A stretch of DNA of 64,000 bases from Opitutales bacterium (GTDB lineage: Bacteria; Verrucomicrobiota; Verrucomicrobiia; Opitutales; PNEW01), in contig CBDANS010000007.1 in assembly GCA_965197745.1 (NCBI GenBank), positions 96,001 to 160,000 on the forward strand, written 5' to 3'. The translations under genes and the position numbers were made by a program. The notes beneath the pieces are model-generated. The model had not been told where the DNA came from. It was given only the letters and a program-made list of their open reading frames with translations, and did no database searches. Positions within the stretch are counted from its first letter, which is position 1; the number at the start of each line of letters is the position of its first letter. Positions 9,585 through 19,663 of this stretch are shown one piece after another.

Positions 9585-10655
9585 TTACCAATGGGTATCA
9601 TTTAGCTTGAGAAAGAACGCCAGGCGTGCGATCTCTGCTTCTAATTCAGGGCGAAAATCTCGGTCCCTGGGACGTTGCTTAACGTATCCAATTTCGATAC
9701 TCAACTTTTCATTGACGACGTTTGCATTCGCCCACCCGATAACACGGTCAACCCAGAGGAGAGGCAAAGCGTAGTAACCGCGGAGGCGTTTAGCGCATGG
9801 CGTATAGGCTTCAAAGCGATAGGTCCAATTCCATAAATGCTCAAAGCGCTGGCGATCCCGGACCAAGGGATCGAACGGTGCCAGGAAACGAACCTGACGT
9901 GGCGGCTCATCGTGGACCTTCTTTGCTGCCGGCCATATATAGGAGAGCCCGTCGACCGTTTGATTTTCAAATTCACCCGTGTGGATCAGCTCGCGTAATA
10001 TCGTTTTACGACTGGCGATGCCCGGAACCAAATACTTGAAATAAGCGGCAATCGACAAGAGAAATCGCTCGTTAACGGGAGCAAGAATATTAGCTACCAC
10101 GCGCACGATTTCCCGGAAGCGATCTTCCGACGAGAGAGAATGGTTGGGAAGTAAATCCGCTTCATAGATACGAATTCCGTTTTCTCGTCGCGCCACTCGA
10201 AGAAGACCGCGATGGTGCAAGCCCTCGAGGGCGCGCTTAGTCGCCTTGGAGTAACCGCCCCAACCATTGACGACGCGCTCATCTCCGAAATGTGCTTTTA
10301 ACTCCCTCGGGTGTACCGGGCCGAATTTACGCACCACCTTAAGAACCTTCCGCTGCAGTTCGTAGATATCTTTAGTTATATTTCGAGGGTGCAATAAATT
10401 CGAAACGTGACGTGGGAGAAAGCCGTAAGCATAGAGTACATCTTCCTCGACATTCAGCTTCGCGTAACGGCGCTCAAGGTCCCCGACACGATATCCCTTG
10501 ACACGGTGACGCAGGATCAGATCCTGCGCGCGCGCCGGTGAGCGAATGGGATCAGCCTGGACGAATCCAAGACGATTGATGGCAGCTTTCAATGTTCCCG
10601 GAGGGAAGAGGGTTTGAGCAATCGCGTGAGCTCGCAGCTGTTTTACAGATGACAT
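9585..10655 (-). CDS. ycaQ: YcaQ/AlkZ-like (HTH_42) DNA crosslink repair glycosylase
   Basis: QxD motif 'GFVQADPI', 'FLAPFDPLVRDR', 'YRFEAYTP..KRLRGYYALPLL'. Confidence 0.85.
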   Translation of the reverse strand: MSSVKQLRAHAIAQTLFPPGTLKAAINRLGFVQADPIRSPARAQDLILRHRVKGYRVGDLERRYAKLNVEEDVLYAYGFLPRHVSNLLHPRNITKDIYELQRKVLKVVRKFGPVHPRELKAHFGDERVVNGWGGYSKATKRALEGLHHRGLLRVARRENGIRIYEADLLPNHSLSSEDRFREIVRVVANILAPVNERFLLSIAAYFKYLVPGIASRKTILRELIHTGEFENQTVDGLSYIWPAAKKVHDEPPRQVRFLAPFDPLVRDRQRFEHLWNWTYRFEAYTPCAKRLRGYYALPLLWVDRVIGWANANVVNEKLSIEIGYVKQRPRDRDFRPELEAEIARLAFFLKLNDTHW

Positions 10656-10780
10656 AAATATTCAGGATGTATTTTCGTCGGAGACATAAAGTAGTCGATC
10701 TTTTTCCCGGTGATCCTTGTTTCCTTGAAAAATTTCAAGCAGTAGATCAGGCTGGGGGACCACTGGAAAAGAGGAGAACC

Positions 10781-11569
10781 ATGTTAGATAAGGAAGATAT
10801 AGAATTTTTTAACGAGAATGGGTATATACGCATTCCGCAGGTGTTTACTCCTGAGGAGACGGTTGAACTCGCGGATACGCTCGATCAACTGGTTGATGAT
10901 TGGGCCAATACTACGCCCGGCTGGAGTGGACCATGGAGACGCGTTTACATGGACGAGGAAACGGAGAAAAAAGCGAAACTCACGGCGATGCATGATCTTC
11001 ATCTCTATTCGGAAGCGTGGTGCCGGGCGGTGACCAACAAAAACCTTGTCGGTGCGATTTCACAATTGATCGGTCCAAATGTTGAACTGCACCATACCAC
11101 GATGCATATCAAACCACCGGAGACAGGTCATCTCTTTCCCATGCACCAGGATCACCCTTTCTATGAGCATGATGATGGACGCTATGTTGATGTCCTGGTA
11201 CACCTCGATGACACCAACGTGGAGAATGGAGAAATCCGATTTTTGGTTGGTTCCCACAAACAGGGCGCGTTAGTCCACATCCGTGAAACTGAAGCGGGCT
11301 CATGCTCACCCCACTTGCCGACCGACGTTTATAAACTCGAAGACTCTGTTCCGGTTCCCGCAAAACGCGGTGATGTCGTCTGTTTCAGCATTCACACGAT
11401 CCATGGGTCCTATCTCAATCGGACCGATAAACCGCGTCGTCTCGTTCGCTTCGGCTTTCGTGATCCGCACAATGTTCAGACCGCGGGTCAAAGCGTCGGC
11501 CGGCCCGGACTTCTTGTCTCCGGCTACCGGCAACGCCGCGAAGGGGAAGAGTTATTGAAGATGAATTAA
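10781..11569 (+). CDS. PhyH family Fe(II)/2OG dioxygenase
   Basis: RBS GAGGAG before ATG 10781; 'FFNENGY', HxD 'MHQDH', 'GSHK', distal 'TIHGS'. Confidence 0.9.
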   Translation: MLDKEDIEFFNENGYIRIPQVFTPEETVELADTLDQLVDDWANTTPGWSGPWRRVYMDEETEKKAKLTAMHDLHLYSEAWCRAVTNKNLVGAISQLIGPNVELHHTTMHIKPPETGHLFPMHQDHPFYEHDDGRYVDVLVHLDDTNVENGEIRFLVGSHKQGALVHIRETEAGSCSPHLPTDVYKLEDSVPVPAKRGDVVCFSIHTIHGSYLNRTDKPRRLVRFGFRDPHNVQTAGQSVGRPGLLVSGYRQRREGEELLKMN

Positions 11570-11893
11570 AGGGTAATAACTCAAAATACCATCTTCACCT
11601 TTGCATTTTGATAGGGCGCAGATCTATGCTCGGTTATGCGATCATTTAAGTTAGAATGATAACTGGGATGGATCAATAATTTCGGATGGATCCTATCTCA
11701 AGGGATAGGGAATAGAGTTAAAAGGATATATAATATAAGTTAGTTCAATTATATTGCTATCGCCGCGCATCCTGGTTCTTGTATTTATTAATTGTTAAAA
11801 AAAGGTAAATACCACTCGATGCCGTGAAAGGCGCTTTTCAACGGGTTAAGTTGAATTAAGCTTCTGAATGAATCCCGGGAATTATAAATAAAG

Positions 11894-14800
11894 ATGACTG
11901 CTGTTTATGATAGCTGTGCCAAGTGGCTTAGATTAATGTGTATTATCATACCCTGCGCATTATATAGCCAGGCAGAAGATGCGCAAATATTTCTTCAGGC
12001 GGGACATACGAGTAATATTAATTCGGTAGCTTTCAGTCCCGATGGCCAATACTTTATATCAGGGAGTGGAGATAACGCCATCCGTCTCTGGCATCGAGCT
12101 ACCGATATAGCGATAAAGAAATATGAAGGGCATATCCGTAGTGTGAATGCGGTAGCCTTCAGTCCTGATGGCCAATATTTTATTTCTGGAAGTGGAGATA
12201 ACACTGTTCGGCTCTGGCATCGAGCTACAGTTGTAGCGGTAAAGAAATATGAAGGTCATTCCGGCAGTGTGAATGCGGTGGCTTTCAGTCCGGATGGCCA
12301 ATACTTTATATCTGGAAGCGGGGATAATACGATCAATCTATGGGACCGGGTTAGCGGAAATCTGGTTATGAAATATGAAGGGCATACGGGAAGTGTGAAT
12401 GCCGTGGCTTTTAGTCCCGATGGTCAATACATTGTCTCAGGAGATTCGGGTAGACTCGTCAGTGTTTGGGACCAGGTAAAAGGCAATCTGGTAAGGAAGT
12501 ATGATGGGCATACGAGAAGTGTTCACTCAGTGGCTTTTAGTCCCGATGGCCAGTACTTAATCTCGGGAAGCGCAGATAAAACGATCTGTCTATGGGACTG
12601 GGGCAGTGAGAACATCGTAATGAAATATGGAGGAAATGTCAGTAGTGTTAATGCGGTGGCCATTAGTAGCGATAACAAACACATAATCTCATCACACGAG
12701 GATAATAAGGTACGTCTCTGGGACCGCGCTACGGGGAGTTTAGTAAAAGCGTTTGAAAAGCATAGCGATAGTGTGCAATCGGTAGCTTTCAGCCCCGATG
12801 GGCAATATTTCATTTCAGGAAGTAGAGATAATACCATTTGTCTCTGGGACCGGGTCAGCGGTAAGCAGGTAAAAAAATATAAAGGGCATACGAGTGGCGT
12901 TTTATCCACAGCTTTCGATCACCATGGCCGATACGTTGTCTCGGGAAGTGGCGATAATACAATCCGTCTTTGGGACCGCGACCGCGGTAAACAGTTAAAG
13001 AAATTTGAAGGAGAATTCTTAAGCGTGCATTCAATAGCCTTCAGTCCCGATAGCCAATATATCGTTTCGGGAAGTGGCGATAATACAATTCGCCTTTGGG
13101 ATCCGGGTAGCGGGAGAATGGTACGGAAGATTGAAGGGCATACCAGTAGCGTGAATGCCGTAGCCTTCAGTCCCGATAGCCAATACATTGTTTCAGGAAG
13201 CGCGGACAACACGGTCCGTCTCTGGGGTCAGGCTACCAATAGTATGGAAAGGAAGTTTGAGGGGCACACGGGCAGCGTGAATACCGTGGCCTTCAGTCCG
13301 GATAGCCAGTATATTGTTTCAGGAAGCGCGGATAGAACGGTTCGTCTCTGGGATTGGGCCTACGATAAAATGGTACGGAAGTTTGTAGGGCATACAGGCA
13401 GCGTGAATTCAGTCGCTTTCAGTCCCGATGGCCAATTCATTATCTCCGCCAGCGAGGACTTCAGCATCAAGCTGTGGAATAGAGAGACCGGTAAACTGCT
13501 GGTAACGATCGTAGCTTTTAAAGATGGCGAATGGATAGCTTATACCCCTGATAAATATTACAATTCGTCCTTAAAAGGTGATCAATTTATGACTTTCAGG
13601 GTTGAAAATAGAATATTTGAGTTTAGCCAGTACGCTGATTTATATAAGCAGCAAGAGCTTACTTCGCTCATTTTAAACAATGAGGAAATTCAAACGCCAG
13701 TAGCTCGGATTATTAAAGAGACTGGAGTCGATATAAGGAAGGTAAAGGTGGCTGAAATACCGCCACCCGATTTAAATATCCATTATTTAGATGTTGGTGG
13801 ACTTAAAAAGAAACCTGAAAGTCAAAATATCAGTTTCTCTGAAATCATTCTCAATGGCGCAGTAAGAGAACATCGATTTGGGGTGGAGAATATCCGCGTT
13901 ACTTTAAACGGAGAAGAGATTTATAAGGAAGAAAATATTGGGAAAAAAGATTACCAGTTTAGAATCCCCGTAGTTTTAAAAGACTTCGAAAACAAGCTAA
14001 CTATATTGGCTTCGAGCACGAAAAAAGTCAGGAGTTATCCTTGGGAAATAAACCTTTCATATGAAGAAGCATTTCCAAACGGAAAAACACTGCCGGAAAT
14101 AGCTAAAAATTATTTTGGTAGTTCAAGAAGTTGGGCCGTGGTCATTGGCATCAATAATTATTCCCAGGAAAAAGGCTTTGATTACTTGCCTTATGCTGTC
14201 GATGACGCGAATGCGGTAAAAAAGTTTCTGATCAACAATCTGGATTTTTCAGAGGATAAAATCTTTACGCTTAAGAACGAAGAAGCGACAAAAGTAGCGA
14301 TAGAAAAACTGCTTGGAGATGAACTTCCGAGGAAGGTAAAAGAAAATGATCGTGTGATCCTGTTTTTTTCAGGTCACGGAGAAACGAGGACAACACGCAA
14401 AGGGAAAGAATATGGATATTTAATCCCCGTTGATGGTGATGAAAAAGCACTTCATGCCACGAGCATTTCGATGACAGATATGATCGACTGGTCTAATCTG
14501 ATCCCAGCGAAACATATGCTTTTTCTTATCGACGCCTGCTATGATGGAGTTGCGGGAAAAGAACGAAAAGGGAGAATAAATAAAGAATCAGTAAAGCAAG
14601 TGGAGACCTTTATAAAAAGTAATGGCCGACAAATTATGACAGCAGGAACATCCCGGGAAAGCATTATGCTGAGTAAGATGGGGAATAAACACAGTGTTTA
14701 TACCTATTATCTCTTAGAAGGATTGAGAGGTGAAGCTGATCGCAATGGGGATAGGGTAATCACCGTAAATGAACTTCAATTTTATTTAGGAGCTATTCTA

Positions 14801-14956
14801 CCTGCAGAAGCTAATCAGACACCCCAACTTCATTTTTTGGGCTCCGGTAAAGGGCAGTTTGTTTTTTATAGGGAAGAGAGAATGCACAAGGGTGTTGTGC
14901 CCTTATCACCGGCAAATGGACCGGTTTCTACAACTGTGCATAAACTCCGTCAGTAG
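11894..14956 (+). CDS. WD40-repeat protein with C-terminal caspase-like (peptidase C14) domain
   Basis: 12 canonical 42-aa WD40 units (GH.GSVNAVAFSPDG..I.SGS.D.TIRLWD), a beta-rich linker, then 'WAVVIGINNY', 'FFSGHG', 'LIDACY', 'HSVYTYYLLEGL'. Confidence 0.92.
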   Translation: MTAVYDSCAKWLRLMCIIIPCALYSQAEDAQIFLQAGHTSNINSVAFSPDGQYFISGSGDNAIRLWHRATDIAIKKYEGHIRSVNAVAFSPDGQYFISGSGDNTVRLWHRATVVAVKKYEGHSGSVNAVAFSPDGQYFISGSGDNTINLWDRVSGNLVMKYEGHTGSVNAVAFSPDGQYIVSGDSGRLVSVWDQVKGNLVRKYDGHTRSVHSVAFSPDGQYLISGSADKTICLWDWGSENIVMKYGGNVSSVNAVAISSDNKHIISSHEDNKVRLWDRATGSLVKAFEKHSDSVQSVAFSPDGQYFISGSRDNTICLWDRVSGKQVKKYKGHTSGVLSTAFDHHGRYVVSGSGDNTIRLWDRDRGKQLKKFEGEFLSVHSIAFSPDSQYIVSGSGDNTIRLWDPGSGRMVRKIEGHTSSVNAVAFSPDSQYIVSGSADNTVRLWGQATNSMERKFEGHTGSVNTVAFSPDSQYIVSGSADRTVRLWDWAYDKMVRKFVGHTGSVNSVAFSPDGQFIISASEDFSIKLWNRETGKLLVTIVAFKDGEWIAYTPDKYYNSSLKGDQFMTFRVENRIFEFSQYADLYKQQELTSLILNNEEIQTPVARIIKETGVDIRKVKVAEIPPPDLNIHYLDVGGLKKKPESQNISFSEIILNGAVREHRFGVENIRVTLNGEEIYKEENIGKKDYQFRIPVVLKDFENKLTILASSTKKVRSYPWEINLSYEEAFPNGKTLPEIAKNYFGSSRSWAVVIGINNYSQEKGFDYLPYAVDDANAVKKFLINNLDFSEDKIFTLKNEEATKVAIEKLLGDELPRKVKENDRVILFFSGHGETRTTRKGKEYGYLIPVDGDEKALHATSISMTDMIDWSNLIPAKHMLFLIDACYDGVAGKERKGRINKESVKQVETFIKSNGRQIMTAGTSRESIMLSKMGNKHSVYTYYLLEGLRGEADRNGDRVITVNELQFYLGAILPAEANQTPQLHFLGSGKGQFVFYREERMHKGVVPLSPANGPVSTTVHKLRQ

Positions 14957-15076
14957 TCGGTTCATTCTTGACCCTTTATTTCCGGCTGGAAATTCTAGCG
15001 TCACAGTCGATAAAGCCTTGCGTGGGAAAAGCATATTTCCTATCAACTTCATTTTTAAGCTATAAAGGATAATAAT

Positions 15077-15868
15077 ATGACACCAGAAGGGTCCATTGAA
15101 AAGCGGGAGCAAGTGATTCGGGATGGGTACTGCGTCGTCGACGACATTTTAACGGAAGACTTTCTGGATGAACTGCGCGAAGAATCGGAGCGATTAATCG
15201 AAGCTCATGTCGAACCGGATGAAATGATCTATCAGGGGCAGCACGTGGGGGTACAAGGCAAAGATAATGCCGTCATTCATAAATTGCTGACCTGGGGTCC
15301 ATCAGGTCAGGCGCTCGAAGAACTGGGTTTTGGCGATTTCAAAAGTATGGGGAGTATCATCATTCTGACTAAAGACCCAAAAGCACCGGCGCTCTATTGG
15401 CACCAGGATTGGATGAAATGGGAAGATCCGCTCAGTTGTTCGCCCTGGCCGCAGACCCTATTTCTGAATTATTACTTAAGTGATACTTCACCTGAAAACG
15501 GCTGTTTAAAAGTGATCCCCGGCAGCCACCACCGGCGATTTGCACTGCACGACCAGCTCGTTCCGGCCCATGAACAGGGAGCCCGATTCGTTGATGAAGA
15601 TCATCCGATTATGTTTAGCGATCATTCGGATGAGGTAAACGTGTGCGTTTCAGCGGGATCCCTGGTTATGGCTGATGCCCGCTTATTGCATTCTGCCGGG
15701 AAAAATTTTACCGACCAGCGCAGAACCCTGATTCTAGCCTGGCACAGTCGAGCGGCCATCACCGCTCCGGATTATTGGGACCGCGACATCCCCGAGCCCC
15801 TTGCCAATCGGGATCCGGATCGGGAGTATCCCGTCTGTCGCATCCCCGGTGAATATCTTAAATACTAG
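15077..15868 (+). CDS. PhyH family Fe(II)/2OG dioxygenase
   Basis: 'RDGY', HxD 'WHQDW', 'NGCLKVIPGSH', 'LLHSA'. Confidence 0.9.
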   Translation: MTPEGSIEKREQVIRDGYCVVDDILTEDFLDELREESERLIEAHVEPDEMIYQGQHVGVQGKDNAVIHKLLTWGPSGQALEELGFGDFKSMGSIIILTKDPKAPALYWHQDWMKWEDPLSCSPWPQTLFLNYYLSDTSPENGCLKVIPGSHHRRFALHDQLVPAHEQGARFVDEDHPIMFSDHSDEVNVCVSAGSLVMADARLLHSAGKNFTDQRRTLILAWHSRAAITAPDYWDRDIPEPLANRDPDREYPVCRIPGEYLKY

Positions 15869-15979
15869 GGAGTCACAGCTCGGCTAATGGACTTCAAGGC
15901 TGGATCAGGTTCCCTGTCGACGACATTGTTTGATAGATCATTCGACTTCGCTCATGACAAGTTAGCCCAGGAGTAGAGG

Positions 15980-16807
15980 ATGCACATCACTGACGCGCAA
16001 ATTGCCACCTTCAAAGAGCAGGGCTTTCTCATCATCGAAAACTTCCTCACCAGGGAAGAGAAGGAAGCGGCTCTCCATGGATTCTTCACCTTGTACTCCC
16101 CACCCTACGACCAATACGTAGCTAATGATCGACAGAATGACATGCCGAAACAGCAGCTCTTCCCTTGGGATCATTCCGGTCTTAACCACGTCACCATCCA
16201 CCCGGATCTGATCGACGCTGCCGAACGTGTCCTCGGCACCCGCGAGGTCCGTCTTTGTGAGGGGGGCCTCGGGATTAAATACGCCGGTGATGAATACACG
16301 ACCAAATTTCATATCGATTACAGCAACAATACGCTGGGGCCGATTCTCGATCCGGATGAATTTACGAACCTGCACTGCTTCTATTGTTTCGACGACGTCA
16401 AGCCGGGGATGGGACCAATCCGCATGGTGCCCAATGGTCGACCTGACGAGGAATTTGTTCCGATGATCGTCCCCGGCGGCTCGGTCTGTTTTTACAGCGT
16501 TTATACCCGGCACGCCGCCTCCGATTTCACCGCGCCACGGGGCGACCGCCCGGTCATGTGGGTCGGCTTTACGCGCAAAGACCGACCCTGGGATGGTGGA
16601 CGCACTTTTACTTATAAAAGCGGCGCTAGCTCCCAGGCGATGCTTCGTTTTATGATCGAAGCAACACCACGTCAACGCGAACTCCTGGGATTTCCACCGC
16701 CGGGAGATTCACTGTGGACCGAGTCTTTTATCGAAGGCATGGTGACACGCTATCCAGGCTTCGAGTCTGCGCCGTATTACGCAGCCCACAAAAATAGCAC
16801 GAGCTGA
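15980..16807 (+). CDS. PhyH family Fe(II)/2OG dioxygenase
   Basis: 'FKEQGF', HxD 'FHIDY', 'GPIRMVP', 'TRHAA'. Confidence 0.85.
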   Translation: MHITDAQIATFKEQGFLIIENFLTREEKEAALHGFFTLYSPPYDQYVANDRQNDMPKQQLFPWDHSGLNHVTIHPDLIDAAERVLGTREVRLCEGGLGIKYAGDEYTTKFHIDYSNNTLGPILDPDEFTNLHCFYCFDDVKPGMGPIRMVPNGRPDEEFVPMIVPGGSVCFYSVYTRHAASDFTAPRGDRPVMWVGFTRKDRPWDGGRTFTYKSGASSQAMLRFMIEATPRQRELLGFPPPGDSLWTESFIEGMVTRYPGFESAPYYAAHKNSTS

Positions 16808-16811
16808 AAGA

Positions 16812-17633
16812 TCAGTAGGGGCACTCTTCAAGCTTATCATGTGGCCAGACAATTTTCCTTCGTTCTGGGGTCAGCCGATTGAGAAGTTCCTTTGAAGGAC
16901 GGTAACCATGGCGAAAAAACCCCCAGGAGGGCCCGTAACGAAAGACGATATTGCGGCGTTCACCTTCTTTGGTACGTCTGGCAGAGCCGTGGCAAAGGGA
17001 GTCGACAAAAAGGAGTGCATCCCCCGCTTTCATATGTACTTCAATCGCTCCGGTTACGCCATCCACCGAGCCGCCCCTGGCAGTCATCCTTGATTTTTCA
17101 AATTCCGGATGACGGAAATTTGATTTGTGGCTACTCGGTATAACCATCGTTGCCCCATCGTTGGGACCGATGTCAGTAAGCGCCATCAGGATGTTAATCT
17201 GGCCGCAGTTAAACTCCTGGTTGTGGACATGAAACTGGCAGCGCTTGACCCACGGCACGGGGCCGGAGTGTAGACCTATAGATTCGCCCGGGCCCCTTAT
17301 ATTGGCAAAGTTTTCGTCGATAAAAAGAGGCCCATGTTGAGAGTCGAAAGAATTCTGACCGCCGACAAAAGTCTTCACGTGTTCAATCCAGGAAGGATTA
17401 TCGATGAGCCGTTCAAAAGGTTCACCTCCCTCATAAATCTGTTGCAGGTTGATCCCTTCCTTTGAGGATTGAAAAACATGCCCATGAACGTAACCGTGCC
17501 ATTCTCCCGGTTTAAGCTGGCACAGTTCGTCGAGAATCGCGTTCATTTCCTTCACCTGATCCTGTGCAATGGCTTGTTCCAGAATCAGATAACCGCGAAG
17601 ATCAAAGAGAAAAATGTCGTAATCCGAAATCAT
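16812..17633 (-). CDS. PhyH-like Fe(II)/2OG enzyme with HxG metal motif
   Basis: 'FDLRGY', 'GLHSGP', 'GATMVIPSSHK', 'SLCHGS'. Confidence 0.85.
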   Translation of the reverse strand: MISDYDIFLFDLRGYLILEQAIAQDQVKEMNAILDELCQLKPGEWHGYVHGHVFQSSKEGINLQQIYEGGEPFERLIDNPSWIEHVKTFVGGQNSFDSQHGPLFIDENFANIRGPGESIGLHSGPVPWVKRCQFHVHNQEFNCGQINILMALTDIGPNDGATMVIPSSHKSNFRHPEFEKSRMTARGGSVDGVTGAIEVHMKAGDALLFVDSLCHGSARRTKEGERRNIVFRYGPSWGFFRHGYRPSKELLNRLTPERRKIVWPHDKLEECPY

Positions 17634-17775
17634 GATGGCTTACCAGTAAGAAATCCTACATGTAATGGAAAAAGCACGGATGTCACCCCTTTTACACCTT
17701 GTAGTAATTCAAAATAATTCTTTCTTTTTTTAGCTTTTTGTTAATATTTGACGCTTTACTGGAAGGAGTATTGCT

Positions 17776-18084
17776 ATGTCGCAAGATGTCGCGGAAAAAA
17801 TAAAAGAGAATCCAAAATTTGAAACACTGGTAAGTAAACGAAATGCCTTCGCCTGGAAGCTGTCCATTATTATGCTCGTTATTTACTACACCTTTATACT
17901 ACTCATCGCCTTCAGTCCTCAAACCCTGGGAACACCGATCGGCAGCAAAGTCATGACACTGGGCATTCCGGTTGGGGTAGGTATCATCCTCATTGCGTTT
18001 GCACTGACCGGTATTTACGTGTACCGCGCCAATACAGAATTTGATGTCCTTACGAACGATATCAAAAAAGAATTAGAAGGATAA
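17776..18084 (+). CDS. yjcH: DUF485 (YjcH-like) small membrane protein
   Basis: Two TM segments; '[11 protein letters not shown]', '[14 protein letters not shown]'; directly upstream of actP. Confidence 0.88.
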   Translation: MSQDVAEKIKENPKFETLVSKRNAFAWKLSIIMLVIYYTFILLIAFSPQTLGTPIGSKVMTLGIPVGVGIILIAFALTGIYVYRANTEFDVLTNDIKKELEG

Positions 18085-18121
18085 AGGTATTCAAGAGGAC
18101 TTAAATATCGCGGCCATTGTC

Positions 18122-19660
18122 ATGTTCTTTGCCTTTGTGGGGGCAACACTGGGCATTACCTACTGGGCAGCGCGCCAGACAAAAACAGCAAAACATTTCT
18201 ATGCAGCTGGCGGGAATGTCACAGGATTACAAAACGGCCTGGCCATTGCCGGTGATTATATGTCTGCCGCTTCCTTCCTCGGCATTTCAGGACTCGTTTA
18301 CTTAAGTGGCTACGATGGCCTGATTTATTCTATTGGTTTTCTGGTTGGGTGGCCAATTATCTTATTCTTAATTGCTGAGCAGCTTCGCAACCTTGGCAAA
18401 TATACTTTTGCTGATGTCACATCCTACCGCCTAAGCCAAAAACCTATTCGAACACTGGCAGCGCTAGGCGGAATAGCGACTGTTATTCTCTACCTTATTG
18501 CCCAGATGGTGGGTTCAGGAAAACTTATCCAACTTTTATTTGGTCTGCCTTACGAAGCGGCGGTGATAATCGTGGGGACATTGATGGTCCTCTACGTCGC
18601 TTTTGGCGGTATGATTGCGACCACGTGGGTACAGATTATTAAAGCGGTGTTACTGTTATCCGGCGCAAGCTTTATTGCCCTGGCCGTGGCCTGGCACTTC
18701 GATTTCAATTTTGAACGTTTATTTCAGTCAGCGGTGGAGACTCATAAAAACGGTCTGGCTATTATGTCACCCGGGGGTCTGGTTTCTGACCCGGTATCTG
18801 CCATTTCCCTGGGAATCGCCCTGATGTTCGGCACGGCCGGCTTGCCCCACATCCTCATGCGCTTTTTTACTGTAGCCGATGCTAAACAGGCGCGCCGTTC
18901 GGTCTTCTTCGCCACCGGGTTTATCGGTTATTTTTATATTCTGACCTTTATCATTGGTTTCGGTGCTATTGTTATGGTCTCTGCCAATCCCGTCTATCTT
19001 GATGAGGGCATTATTAAAGGTGGCAACAATATGGCCGCTATCCACTTGAGTCACGCCGTGGGCGGCGACATATTTTTGGGTTTTATCTCCGCTGTCGCCT
19101 TTGCCACTATTCTGGCAGTCGTCTCAGGCCTGACTTTAGCGGGAGCGTCGGCCATTTCCCATGACCTTTATGCCAATGTCTTTAAAGAGGGAAATCACGA
19201 TGAGATGAAAGAGATGCGGGTGTCCAAAATAGCCACGGTAGTCCTGGGCATTATTGCGATTATGCTGGGTATAGCCTTTGAAAAACAGAATATTGCCTTT
19301 ATGGTTGGCCTCGCCTTCGCCATCGCGGCCAGTGCCAATTTCCCTATTCTTATTCTTTCCATGTATTGGAAAAAACTGACTACCCGTGGTGCGGTCATTG
19401 GGGGGACGATGGGCCTGGCATCTGCAGTGCTCCTCGTTATTCTCGGCCCTATTGTCTGGGTGCAGATTCTGGGCAATCCAGAACCCATCTTTCCCTACAA
19501 ATACCCGGCCCTGTTCTCGGTAACCGCAGCTTTTGCCGGCATCTGGTTTTTTTCCATAACGGATAGATCAAAACGTGCCAAGGCGGAGCAGAAAGCATTT
19601 AGTGCACAGTATGTTCGCGCTCAGACGGGTATTGGTGCTGAAGAGGCAAGCGGGCATTAA
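18122..19660 (+). CDS. actP: Cation/acetate symporter ActP (SSS family), 5' end apparently truncated
   Basis: '[18 protein letters not shown]', '[15 protein letters not shown]', '[13 protein letters not shown]'. Confidence 0.9.
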   Translation: MFFAFVGATLGITYWAARQTKTAKHFYAAGGNVTGLQNGLAIAGDYMSAASFLGISGLVYLSGYDGLIYSIGFLVGWPIILFLIAEQLRNLGKYTFADVTSYRLSQKPIRTLAALGGIATVILYLIAQMVGSGKLIQLLFGLPYEAAVIIVGTLMVLYVAFGGMIATTWVQIIKAVLLLSGASFIALAVAWHFDFNFERLFQSAVETHKNGLAIMSPGGLVSDPVSAISLGIALMFGTAGLPHILMRFFTVADAKQARRSVFFATGFIGYFYILTFIIGFGAIVMVSANPVYLDEGIIKGGNNMAAIHLSHAVGGDIFLGFISAVAFATILAVVSGLTLAGASAISHDLYANVFKEGNHDEMKEMRVSKIATVVLGIIAIMLGIAFEKQNIAFMVGLAFAIAASANFPILILSMYWKKLTTRGAVIGGTMGLASAVLLVILGPIVWVQILGNPEPIFPYKYPALFSVTAAFAGIWFFSITDRSKRAKAEQKAFSAQYVRAQTGIGAEEASGH

Positions 19661-19663
19661 GCT

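Noticed and set aside
11790..11850. Hairpin upstream of the WD40-caspase gene as a riboswitch
   Set aside because: It does not match any riboswitch consensus I can recognise; an Rfam/Infernal search would be needed.
11995..13500. Regular 126-bp periodic repeats as a possible CRISPR or DGR array
   Set aside because: They are in-frame WD40 coding repeats with no unique spacers; no cas or reverse transcriptase gene is present.
15962..16675. 237-aa antisense ORF over a PhyH gene
   Set aside because: It is a shadow frame of a GC-richer gene with clear motifs on the + strand.
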